Source: Candidatus Latescibacterota bacterium (GTDB lineage: Bacteria > JAAXHH01). Taken from it: a stretch of DNA of 64,000 bases. The position numbers and the translations under genes were made by a program. Numbering within the stretch: the stretch's first letter is position 1; each line of letters opens with the position of its first letter. The notes under the pieces were generated by a model, which was given only the letters and a program-made list of their open reading frames with translations, had not been told where the DNA came from and did no database searches. Below, piece after piece: positions 17,460-25,949 of the stretch. The stretch covers positions 105,850 to 169,849 of the forward strand of contig JAJEAN010000006.1 of NCBI GenBank assembly GCA_022822725.1, read 5' to 3'.

Positions 17460-20294
17460 TCAGAAACGCACCGCCATACCCGCCATGACAAGGCGCCCGA
17501 TCATCGGTGCCCCGACGAACGCCTGATACTCCGTGTTGAACAGATTGCTGGCCTCCACGCTGAACGTGATCCTGGAGAATTCATAGGCGGCGCTCAAGTC
17601 CACGACGGTATGGGAATCCACGTCGCCGACATAGACGCCGTCGGCCATTTCAAAATCCCCGCGGTAACGCATGCGGGCGCCGAGGTTTAGCGGCGTGCCG
17701 GGCGGTTTCAGACCGATCGCCATGGACAATTTGTGACGCGGCGCGTTCAACGGTATGTCGTCGATACCGTCCACGTTCTCGAACAGGTTCGTGTTGATAT
17801 AGGAGTAACTGCCCGAGAGGTTCCACACGTCGCTCGGATAGAATGAAAATCCGAGGTCCGCGCCGTGGTAGGTAACTTCTCCGAAATTGCGGTAGGTCAG
17901 CATCACGGCATTCGGATCTGAAGCCTCCTGCGGCGTCACCGTGCCGAAGGGGATCATGGCCGCCGTGTTCACGAAGAGCCCCGCCAGTTCGTCCACCGGC
18001 GATCCGTTTCCGTTACCGCCCAGGCCCAGTGCGGGATTGTCGAGTGCCGCGGCGACCTGGGCCAGCTGCGCGTTCGCCGGGTCGGCCAGGTTTTGCGCGA
18101 TACCCGCGCCCAGGGCCGAGGCCAGCGGACCGGGATCGAGGAATACGTTGGGAGTCACGATGTGTATGGAACTGATGAAGTCGTGAATCTTGTTGCGATA
18201 GAAATCCGCGGTCAGCACCAGCTTGTTGCCGACGACGCCCTTGTAGCCCACTTCAATCGTTTCGGTGATGGACGGTCTCATCGGGTCGATTCCCCTGACC
18301 CAGGACGGGTCGACCGGATTGAACGAACCAGTTCCCGTGTCCAGCACGCCCAGTGTATTCGTGAGCCCCGGCAGCGCGGACGGGATGACGCCCGGGAACG
18401 CGGCGGCCAGTTGCGCAGCCTGCTGTCCCGCCAGTTGAGCGGCCGTTTCGGCGGGAAGACCGAGTGCGATAATCTGTTGCGTGATGAGGGGGGTCGCCAG
18501 CGCCTGGAGCTGCGGCACAAGCTGCGCCAGCACGGCCTCGCGGGCCACGCCCCAGAGGAGATTGGTGCTGGCCGGGTCGTTCATGGGCAGATACGTGTCC
18601 GCGGGCAGCCCCGCCACGGGAGCGAAGGGCGAACGGTACATGGGCAGGCCGTTGTCTCCGCGCCGGAAGGTGAACTGCGAGTTGACCCCCTGCGTGCGCA
18701 GATCGATGGTGCGTTCCGGACCCAGGCCAAACGGGGCGAAATTCCTGCCCAGGCCGAAGGGGTCGGTACTTGCTTTCAGGTCGAGAAAGTAATGCACGGA
18801 ACTGGGTGTGCCGAACGCCCGGTTGTAAGTAAGGCGGAGCGTACTCTCCGTCGAAGGCTTGATGACCAGGGCCGCCCTCGGCGAGAAAACCGGGTCTTCG
18901 AACTTGCTGTGTTCGTCCAGCCGGCCGGCCAGCATCACGCTGACCTGGTCGTTCAGGTTCGTCTCGCTTTGCAGGTACAACCCGTATTCGTCCAGACTGT
19001 CGTCGTCTTCATAACGGCCGTGGGTCGTGTTTCCGGTATTGGGCCGGGTCAGCAGCGCGTCGACGCCGTAGGTGAACTGCTGCCTTGCACCGAATTCGAG
19101 GTTGTGCTGCAGTTGCATGACGGTCAGCTTTGACGTATCCACGATGGGCTCGTTGGTCCGGAGGAGCCTGGTATCGCCCGCGTCGTTCATGTTTACGAAG
19201 ATCTGCGCGAACCATCCCTTGTACTGCGATCGGGCCTGAAAGAACCGGGTGGACCAGTCGGTGGCCTGGGCCGCCCCCTGCCCGGTCATCTGGACGGCCT
19301 TGATCCGGGAATAACCGGCCGATCCGATGATGGACAGGTCGTCGGTCGGACGCAGGTCGATACGGATTTCTCCAAGCAGGCGTTCGTTGTCGTTATCCCG
19401 CGGGATGACCTCCGCGGGGTCTTCGAATGCCCACTCGTTCGCCTTCGAGTACTCGCCCGAAACCTTGAACCCGATTTTTCCGTCGACGCTGCTGGCGTGC
19501 CGGAAGGTCGCCTTGCGCATACTGCGTTCACCGCCGAACAGAGAAAACGCGTTGCCCTCCGAACCGATGGGCGACCGGGTCACGATGTGCATGACCCCGT
19601 TGGCGCTGTTGGGGCCGTACAGGGCGGAACCCGGCCCGCGGACGACCTCGATGCGCTGGATGTCCTCGCTCGTCAACGGAATGGAACTGCCCATGTTGAG
19701 ACGGAGCGAGGCGATGCGCGCGATCCGGTTGTCCACCATCTGCAGGAGGGACCCGGTAAACGTGCGGTTGAATCCCCGGATCACGGTGGAACTCTGGGAA
19801 ACGCCGACCTTGGCCTGGTCCACGCCGGCCAGGTCCTTGATATAGTCGGTTGCCGACAGGGCCGGCCGGTTCATGATCTCGTCCAGCTCGACCACGGAAA
19901 TGGAAGCCGGCGCGTCGATCAGCTTTTCCTGTTTGCGCGACGCGGAAACCACGACCTGCTGGCCGATCAGCGTCGTAGCCGCCAGGCCGAAGTCCAGCGT
20001 GGTCGTTTCGCCGCCGCGGATCATCACGGCAGCCGAGGTAACCGATTCGTAACCGAGGAAGGAAGCGGTCACTTCATAGACGCCGGGCGGGAGGCCGTCG
20101 ATGCGGAACATTCCCTCTCCGTCGCTCGTCGTTCCCCGCAGCCCTTCGATCGCGTCGCTCTCGACAACGATATTGGCGCCGAACAGCGCCATGCCGTCAT
20201 CGGAGGCGATTCTGCCGGCCAGGCTGCCGGTTTCCTGGGCCGCCGCCGGCCATACACTGAACAGCAAAAGCAAAACCACGCTCGTAATGCGCAT
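17460..20294 (-). CDS. TonB-dependent receptor with carboxypeptidase-regulatory-like domain (paralog 2)
   Basis: Collinear with paralog 1 (IQRIEVVRGPGSALYGPNSANGVMHI; terminal ...GMAVRF). SD GGGAGGG lies upstream. Confidence 0.9.
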   Translation of the reverse strand: MRITSVVLLLLFSVWPAAAQETGSLAGRIASDDGMALFGANIVVESDAIEGLRGTTSDGEGMFRIDGLPPGVYEVTASFLGYESVTSAAVMIRGGETTTLDFGLAATTLIGQQVVVSASRKQEKLIDAPASISVVELDEIMNRPALSATDYIKDLAGVDQAKVGVSQSSTVIRGFNRTFTGSLLQMVDNRIARIASLRLNMGSSIPLTSEDIQRIEVVRGPGSALYGPNSANGVMHIVTRSPIGSEGNAFSLFGGERSMRKATFRHASSVDGKIGFKVSGEYSKANEWAFEDPAEVIPRDNDNERLLGEIRIDLRPTDDLSIIGSAGYSRIKAVQMTGQGAAQATDWSTRFFQARSQYKGWFAQIFVNMNDAGDTRLLRTNEPIVDTSKLTVMQLQHNLEFGARQQFTYGVDALLTRPNTGNTTHGRYEDDDSLDEYGLYLQSETNLNDQVSVMLAGRLDEHSKFEDPVFSPRAALVIKPSTESTLRLTYNRAFGTPSSVHYFLDLKASTDPFGLGRNFAPFGLGPERTIDLRTQGVNSQFTFRRGDNGLPMYRSPFAPVAGLPADTYLPMNDPASTNLLWGVAREAVLAQLVPQLQALATPLITQQIIALGLPAETAAQLAGQQAAQLAAAFPGVIPSALPGLTNTLGVLDTGTGSFNPVDPSWVRGIDPMRPSITETIEVGYKGVVGNKLVLTADFYRNKIHDFISSIHIVTPNVFLDPGPLASALGAGIAQNLADPANAQLAQVAAALDNPALGLGGNGNGSPVDELAGLFVNTAAMIPFGTVTPQEASDPNAVMLTYRNFGEVTYHGADLGFSFYPSDVWNLSGSYSYINTNLFENVDGIDDIPLNAPRHKLSMAIGLKPPGTPLNLGARMRYRGDFEMADGVYVGDVDSHTVVDLSAAYEFSRITFSVEASNLFNTEYQAFVGAPMIGRLVMAGMAVRF

Positions 20295-20357
20295 AATGAA
20301 TCCCTCCCTACGGTAGCTGGTGATTGGAGGCCGCTGGTACAGGCCTGTAAACGAAGA

Positions 20358-21671
20358 TCACTCCATGAAAACGTAACGCGCGATGAAGACAAGCGCCAGG
20401 ACGTCGACGAGTGGATGCACGTCCGCGCCTCTGCCGCTCAGTCTCTTGATCACCGGATAGGCGACGAAACCCACGGCCAGCCCGTCGGCGATGCTGAACG
20501 TCAACGGGATCGATATCAACGTCAGGAAAACAGGGACCGCTTCCGTCGCGTCGCTCCAGTCCACACGCGCCGCCGCGGCCATCATCAGTACGCCCGTTAC
20601 GATCAGTGCCGGCGCGGTGGCGAAAACCGGAATGGATTCGACCAGCGGAGCCACGAACAACGTGCCGAGGAACAGGAAAGCGACGACCAGGCTGGCGAAG
20701 CCCGTCCGCGCCCCGGAAGATATGCCGGTGGCACTTTCGATGTAGGTGGTCACGGTCGATGAGCCCAGCACGCTGCCGAAAACCGTCCCGACGGAGTCCG
20801 CGAGCAGCGCGCGGTTGGCCCGGGGGAGCCGGCCCTGGCGGTCCAGGAAACCCGATTGTTCCGAGAGGCCGACCAGCGTGCCCATGGTATCGAACAGGTC
20901 CACGAACAGGAAGGCGAAGACGAGATGAAGAAATAACGTGTCCAGGGTGTACGGCAGGTGGACGATCGCCTCCCCGAAAAGCGTCGCGGGCCAGATGGGC
21001 AGGCTGAACACGCCTGCGGGCCAGGGGACCACGCCGATGATCATGGCCAGGAAAGCGACTCCCGCCACGCCCAGCAGGATCGCGCCGCGAATGCCCCGGG
21101 CGAGCATCACGCCAATGCCCGCCAGGCCGGCGAGCGTCAGCGCGACCGGCCAGGAACGCACGTCCCCCAGGTCGACCAGGGTGACCGGATCGTCCACGAT
21201 GATGCCTGCATTCCGTAGACCTATAAACGCGATGAACAGTCCGATACCGGCCGCCGTCGCGCGCTTGAGCGGATCGGGCACCGCCGTAATGATGGCCTCC
21301 CTCACGCGCAGTACGGTCAACAACAGGAACAGGAGACCCGACGCCAGCACCACGGCGAGCGCGATAGGCCAGGCCACACCCATGCCCAGCACAATGGTAT
21401 AGGTGAAAAAGGCGTTGAGCCCCATGCCGGGCGCCAGGGCGAAGGGGTAGTTGGCCAGCAGCGCCATCAGCAGCGTGCCGAAGGCGGCGGACGCGCACGT
21501 GGCGAACAGGAGTTCCCCGAACAACCCCTGGCCCATCGCCTCCGACAGCATGGCGGGGTTTACCGCCACGATGTAGGCCATCGTCATGAAGGTGGTCAGG
21601 CCGCCTGCGGCTTCGGTCCGCCAGTTCGTGTTGTGTTCGTCGAACCTGAAGAATGACGCAATACGGTTCAT
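20358..21671 (-). CDS. NCS2-family purine (adenine/guanine/hypoxanthine, AzgA/PbuG-like) permease
   Basis: The N-terminus FFRFDEHNTNWRTEAAGGLTTFMTMAYIVAVNPAML is characteristic. It is polytopic, and its start overlaps the tsaD stop (ATGA). Confidence 0.85.
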   Translation of the reverse strand: MNRIASFFRFDEHNTNWRTEAAGGLTTFMTMAYIVAVNPAMLSEAMGQGLFGELLFATCASAAFGTLLMALLANYPFALAPGMGLNAFFTYTIVLGMGVAWPIALAVVLASGLLFLLLTVLRVREAIITAVPDPLKRATAAGIGLFIAFIGLRNAGIIVDDPVTLVDLGDVRSWPVALTLAGLAGIGVMLARGIRGAILLGVAGVAFLAMIIGVVPWPAGVFSLPIWPATLFGEAIVHLPYTLDTLFLHLVFAFLFVDLFDTMGTLVGLSEQSGFLDRQGRLPRANRALLADSVGTVFGSVLGSSTVTTYIESATGISSGARTGFASLVVAFLFLGTLFVAPLVESIPVFATAPALIVTGVLMMAAAARVDWSDATEAVPVFLTLISIPLTFSIADGLAVGFVAYPVIKRLSGRGADVHPLVDVLALVFIARYVFME

Positions 21672-22711
21672 GGGCCCGTTGTCCCGCCGTTCATCCCTGC
21701 GCCGTTTAGATCAGCCAGGCGCGCGCGGGGCAGGACGGAAAGCGAAAGCCCGTCCCGCTGACCGTTGCGAAACCGGTAGGCCCCGGCCGCCGCGATCATG
21801 GCGCCGTTGTCCGTGCACAGAATGGGAGGGGGATAGACCACCCGGAGCCCAGATTCGGAGCCCCTTTCCGTCATCCGCTCGCGCAGCCTGCTGTTGCACG
21901 CCACGCCTCCCGTGATCAGAATGGCGTCCACTCCGGTGGCCGAAGCAGCGGCCACGGACTTGTCGACCAGCACGTCCACGACGGCTTCCTGGAAGGACGC
22001 GGCGATGTGGGCGCGGTCGCGGTCGATCTCCGCCTCGGTCTGTCCCGATAGATACATGCGTATGGCGTTCTTGAGGCCGCTGAAACTGAACTCGAAACCA
22101 TCGGGGTCCAGGTAGGTCCTGGGAAAGTCCAGGAACCCGGGGTCTCCTTCGCGAGACAACCGGTCGATGACGGGCCCGCCGGGATACCCGATCCGCATCA
22201 ACCTGGCGACCTTGTCGAAGGCCTCGCCGGCCGCGTCGTCGCGCGTATTTCCCAGGATGCGATACCGGCCCCAGTCCTCGACGAGCACAAGCTGTGTGTG
22301 TCCGCCGGATACGACGAGCGCGATGAAGGGAGGGGCGAGTTCCCCGTCCGCCAGGCGACCCGCGAACACGTGGCCTTCGATGTGGTTCACGCCGACCAGG
22401 GGTTTGCCCATGGCCATCGCGATGGATTTGACCGTGGAGAGTCCGATCAGCAGGCAGCCCGCCAGCCCGGGTCCGCAGGTGACGGCGAGCGCGTCCAGGC
22501 CGTCCGGTTCGCAGGAAGCCTGTTGCAGGGCCGATTCGATCGCGGGCAGCAGCAGGGCCAGGTGGGCCCGGGAGGCCAGTTCCGGTACGACGCCCCCATA
22601 TTCGACATGAATGCCCTGCGAGGAGATCACGTTGGACAGGACGGTCGTTTCATCGCGAACGACGGCTGCCGCGGTTTCATCGCAGGAGGTATCGATTCCG
22701 AGGATGAGCAT
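21668..22711 (-). CDS. tsaD: tRNA N6-adenosine threonylcarbamoyltransferase TsaD
   Basis: MLILGIDTSCDETAAAVV..., HIEGH metal site, and ASKHA fold motifs (SGGHTQLV, GGVACN). Confidence 0.95.
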   Translation of the reverse strand: MLILGIDTSCDETAAAVVRDETTVLSNVISSQGIHVEYGGVVPELASRAHLALLLPAIESALQQASCEPDGLDALAVTCGPGLAGCLLIGLSTVKSIAMAMGKPLVGVNHIEGHVFAGRLADGELAPPFIALVVSGGHTQLVLVEDWGRYRILGNTRDDAAGEAFDKVARLMRIGYPGGPVIDRLSREGDPGFLDFPRTYLDPDGFEFSFSGLKNAIRMYLSGQTEAEIDRDRAHIAASFQEAVVDVLVDKSVAAASATGVDAILITGGVACNSRLRERMTERGSESGLRVVYPPPILCTDNGAMIAAAGAYRFRNGQRDGLSLSVLPRARLADLNGAGMNGGTTGP

Positions 22712-22872
22712 GGCCCCTCGATCAGCTCGCTTCCGAGATTGCGCAATGGGTATGCCTAAACTGATATTGCCGTGGTCGATGCGGATGTTGAACCCGCATG
22801 CCGGTATGGTGCACGCCCGGGCCGTGTATTAGATCAACGCGACATATTGTTACTTCTGCGAACGGTTTTCAA

Positions 22873-22902
22873 ATTATGGTATTTCTGTCGCCGCGTTGTC
22901 AA
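22873..22902 (-). promoter_or_regulatory. Candidate sigma70-type promoter upstream of tsaD
   Basis: Minus strand TTGACA-18 nt-CATAAT in the AT-richer spacer, about 155 nt upstream of the tsaD ATG. Confidence 0.5.
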
Positions 22903-22960
22903 TGATTATACTGCGGACCGTGAAGCACAGTCAGCGGCGTGCCGAGGGACCGCTTGAGGA

Positions 22961-23809
22961 TCAGCTTCGGACCAGGTTCCGCAGGACGAACCATACGTTC
23001 TCCTTGCGTTCCCTGAGCCTCCGGTAGAAGTAAGGCATCCACTCCGTTCCGAAGGGTACGTAGACCCGCATGCCGAAGCCCCTTGCGCGCATTTCCTTCT
23101 GGAACCCGGGACGCAAGCCGTACAGCATCTGGAACTCGAAGCCGTCCCGCGGGACCTCCAGTTGCTCGGCGTACCGTATCACGCCTTCGATCAGGTAATC
23201 GTCGTGCGTGGCGAAAGCCGGATAGTTGCCGTCCCGCAGCAGCTGCTCCGCCATGGAAAGAAACGCGCCGCGGATGTTGGGCATCCGCTGCAGAGCCAGG
23301 TCGGAGGGCTCTCGGTAGGACCCCTTGCACAGCCGTACGCGGGCTCCGATCTTGTTGAGCACGAAGATGTCGTGGGGACTGCGCAGCAGCATGGCCTGGA
23401 TCACCACGCCGGAGTTTCCGTGGTTCTCGTACAGGTTGTAGAAGATATCCAGGGTCTGCTGCGTATAGGGCGAGCCTTCCATGTCCAACCGGACGAAGAT
23501 GCCCCGTTCTTTCGCGGATTCCAGGATCCGGCCCAGGTTGTCTACGCAGTACGCCTCGTCTATATCCAGCCCCAGGTGGGTAAGCTTGACGGAGATATTG
23601 GCCTGTAGTGCGCCGTCCCGGATCAGTTCCAGCATGACGAGATACCGGCGGACGGCCTCGTCCGCCTTCTCCCGTTCCCGGGTCGATTCACCGAGCATGT
23701 TCAAGGTCACGTCGAGCCCGTCGTCGTTCAACGACCGGACGACGTCGACCGCGGCCTCGAGGGATTCTCCCGCGACGAATCTCCTGGCGAGGAAGAACAA
23801 CCGGCTCAT
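22961..23809 (-). CDS. Monofunctional proline dehydrogenase (PRODH family)
   Basis: The N-terminus RRFVAGESLEAAVDVVRSLNDDGLDVTLNMLGE and the C-terminal ...RLRERKENVWFVLRNL are typical of the short PutA-like PRODH TIM barrel. Confidence 0.8.
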   Translation of the reverse strand: MSRLFFLARRFVAGESLEAAVDVVRSLNDDGLDVTLNMLGESTREREKADEAVRRYLVMLELIRDGALQANISVKLTHLGLDIDEAYCVDNLGRILESAKERGIFVRLDMEGSPYTQQTLDIFYNLYENHGNSGVVIQAMLLRSPHDIFVLNKIGARVRLCKGSYREPSDLALQRMPNIRGAFLSMAEQLLRDGNYPAFATHDDYLIEGVIRYAEQLEVPRDGFEFQMLYGLRPGFQKEMRARGFGMRVYVPFGTEWMPYFYRRLRERKENVWFVLRNLVRS

Positions 23810-23911
23810 ATCGGCTCCGGTACATAGAAACGGCGGACAAGACGGACCCGGCGGCCAGGCGGACCCGGCGGCGCTGGAGGACCGGGCGGTGCTGACAGCC
23901 AGGCGGACCGC

Positions 23912-25516
23912 TTATGCCGAGAAGGGATCGCGTCCGAATCCGGGACGGCGCGCATAGGTCCACGCGACCCGGCTTACGTCTTCGTTGGACATGCGCCAGT
24001 CCATCAGTCTCACGCGCAGGTCCCGGACCGCCTCTTCATAGCGCGGATCTTCAGCCACGTTACGAAGTTCGCCGGGATCCCTTTCCAGGTCGAAGAGCAC
24101 GTCCGGCATGCCGTTGAAGTGCCAGTACTTGAACCGGTCGTCCCGCAACATCCATCCCCGGCATTTCTCCGGCGGGATGCCGAGTTTCTTCGGCGTCCAG
24201 TAGAACCGGAAGTCCCAGTCCGCGAAGACTTCTCTGCGCCAGTCGGCCGGCTGTTCACCCCGCAGGAGGGGAACGAGGGACCGGCCCTGAAGGGCAGGCG
24301 GCATGCCCGGTGCACCGGGTCCTCCAGCACCGCCAGTACCGCCGGATCCTCCAGCACCGCCAGCACCGCCGGATCCTCCAGCACCGCCGGATCCGCCCGG
24401 TTCAGCCAATCCGCACGCCTCCAGGCAGGTCGGCAGGACGTCCAGGGATTCGACGAACTCGTCCATCGTCTTCCCGCGCGTGGCGTCCGCGCAGGTCCGC
24501 GGATCGCGGACGATGAAGGGCACGTTGTACGCCTCATCGTAGAAGAGTTCCTTCTCGAACATCCAGTGGTCGCCTACGTATTCGCCGTGGTCGGACGTGA
24601 AGACGATCAGCGTGTCCTCCCAGAGACCCCGGTCCTTCATGAAACCGAACAGCCTGCCCAGGTGGTCGTCTATCTCCGTGATCAACCCGTAGTAGGTCGC
24701 CCTTCGCTGCCGCCACACGGCCTCTTCGTCGTAGGCCACGCCGCCCCGTTCGATCCGGAAAGGGACGTGGAAGGGATGAGGACGCTCCAGTTCCCCCGGA
24801 GACCGGTTCGGCGCGGGGGAATCGGCGGGATCGTACAGTTCGTTGTAAGGATAGGGCGCCACGATGGGCAGATGGGGCTTGAAGTAGGAGAGGTGCAGAA
24901 ACCAGGGCGAATCCCCGGCGTCGTCCATGAAGGCCATGGCCCGGTCCGTCATGAAGGCGGTATCGCTGTCCTCCCGCCTGAAACGCGTGGGATAGGCGGA
25001 GTGATCCCGGTCGGCATCCGCGGGCATTTCCACCGCGAAAGGATCGGCGATGACGTCTTCGGCGTACCCCTTGCTTGCGAGATGGGCCAGCCAGCCCTCT
25101 CCCCTGGATTCGTTCAGCTCCCAGGTTTCCAGGCCGGCCAGGGGTGCGCGTCGGATCCCCTGTTCAGGCTGCGCCCCGGGGTCGCCGAAAGGGTCGGGGG
25201 TGTAGTGCGTCTTGCCGCAGAGGGCGGCCCGGTAACCCGCTTCGCCGAAGTAGTGGCCCATGGTCTTCTCGTCCGCGGGCAGAGGCACTTCGTTCCAGGG
25301 AGACCGGTTGGCGTGGGGATACCGGCCCGTGTAGAAGCACATGCGGCTGGGTCCGCAGACCGCCGACTGCACGTAGGCCCGCCGGAAGAGGACGCCTTCG
25401 GATGCGAGCTGGTCGAGGTGGGGCGTCCGGACCAAGGGGTGGCCGACGCCGGACATGCAGTCCGCCCGCATCTGGTCGGTCATGATGAAGAGTACGTTCG
25501 GTCGACCGCCGGGCAT
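23912..25516 (-). CDS. Sulfatase (formylglycine-dependent, Cys-type) with Gly-rich in-frame repeat insertion
   Basis: NVLFIMTDQMRAD metal site, CxPxR motif in SAVCGPSRMCFYTG, and TSDHGE. The start ATG at 25516 (MPGGRPNV) was chosen. The 228 codons upstream in the ORF track lack sulfatase-like sequence. Confidence 0.85.
   Translation of the reverse strand: MPGGRPNVLFIMTDQMRADCMSGVGHPLVRTPHLDQLASEGVLFRRAYVQSAVCGPSRMCFYTGRYPHANRSPWNEVPLPADEKTMGHYFGEAGYRAALCGKTHYTPDPFGDPGAQPEQGIRRAPLAGLETWELNESRGEGWLAHLASKGYAEDVIADPFAVEMPADADRDHSAYPTRFRREDSDTAFMTDRAMAFMDDAGDSPWFLHLSYFKPHLPIVAPYPYNELYDPADSPAPNRSPGELERPHPFHVPFRIERGGVAYDEEAVWRQRRATYYGLITEIDDHLGRLFGFMKDRGLWEDTLIVFTSDHGEYVGDHWMFEKELFYDEAYNVPFIVRDPRTCADATRGKTMDEFVESLDVLPTCLEACGLAEPGGSGGAGGSGGAGGAGGSGGTGGAGGPGAPGMPPALQGRSLVPLLRGEQPADWRREVFADWDFRFYWTPKKLGIPPEKCRGWMLRDDRFKYWHFNGMPDVLFDLERDPGELRNVAEDPRYEEAVRDLRVRLMDWRMSNEDVSRVAWTYARRPGFGRDPFSA
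24317..24397 (-). repeat. 3 x 27-bp in-frame tandem repeat encoding a poly-Gly/Ser/Ala insert in the sulfatase
   Basis: tcctccagcaccgcc recurs at 24320, 24347 and 24374 (period 27). The peptide is GGSGGAGGSGGAGGAGGSGGTGGAGGPGAPG. Confidence 0.9.
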
Positions 25517-25667
25517 GTGGGATCTCCGTGCGCTGCGGGATGCGGCCGCGCACTGCGGCGATAGACCGTATGGCGCGACGGGCGGCAGTTGTGCCGCCTG
25601 CACGCTAATATGCAGCCGTGATGCCCGATAGGCAAAAGCTAATGAATTGCTCAAGCCATTGAAACAA

Positions 25668-25721
25668 GGATGCGCGGGCGGGCGGGGATGCGTGGACGGG
25701 CGGGATGCACGCGCGGGTGCG
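25668..25721 (+). repeat. G-rich 18-bp tandem repeat (2 good copies plus 1 degenerate) with G-quadruplex-type tract spacing
   Basis: ggatgcgcgggcgggcgg / ggatgcgtggacgggcgg / gatgcacgcgcgggtgcg. Five G3-4 tracts lie within 25676-25704. Confidence 0.8.
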
Positions 25722-25949
25722 CGCCGCCGGCCGGGGAGAATAGACAAGTGCATCCGCACAGGGGAAAATTGGACAGGTTTTGTGAATAGGTTGGTCCGAA
25801 AAGGTGTAAGCAGTACGTCTCGCCGTTCGGTATCGCAGCATGAGACCGGGGGTTCGGAAAAAACGCAACCATTTGGATCGTTTCCCCGTCTTAGATGCAG
25901 CGCGTGAATCGATGGTCGGCGAGGACCCACAAAGGCTGGAGGCCATACG

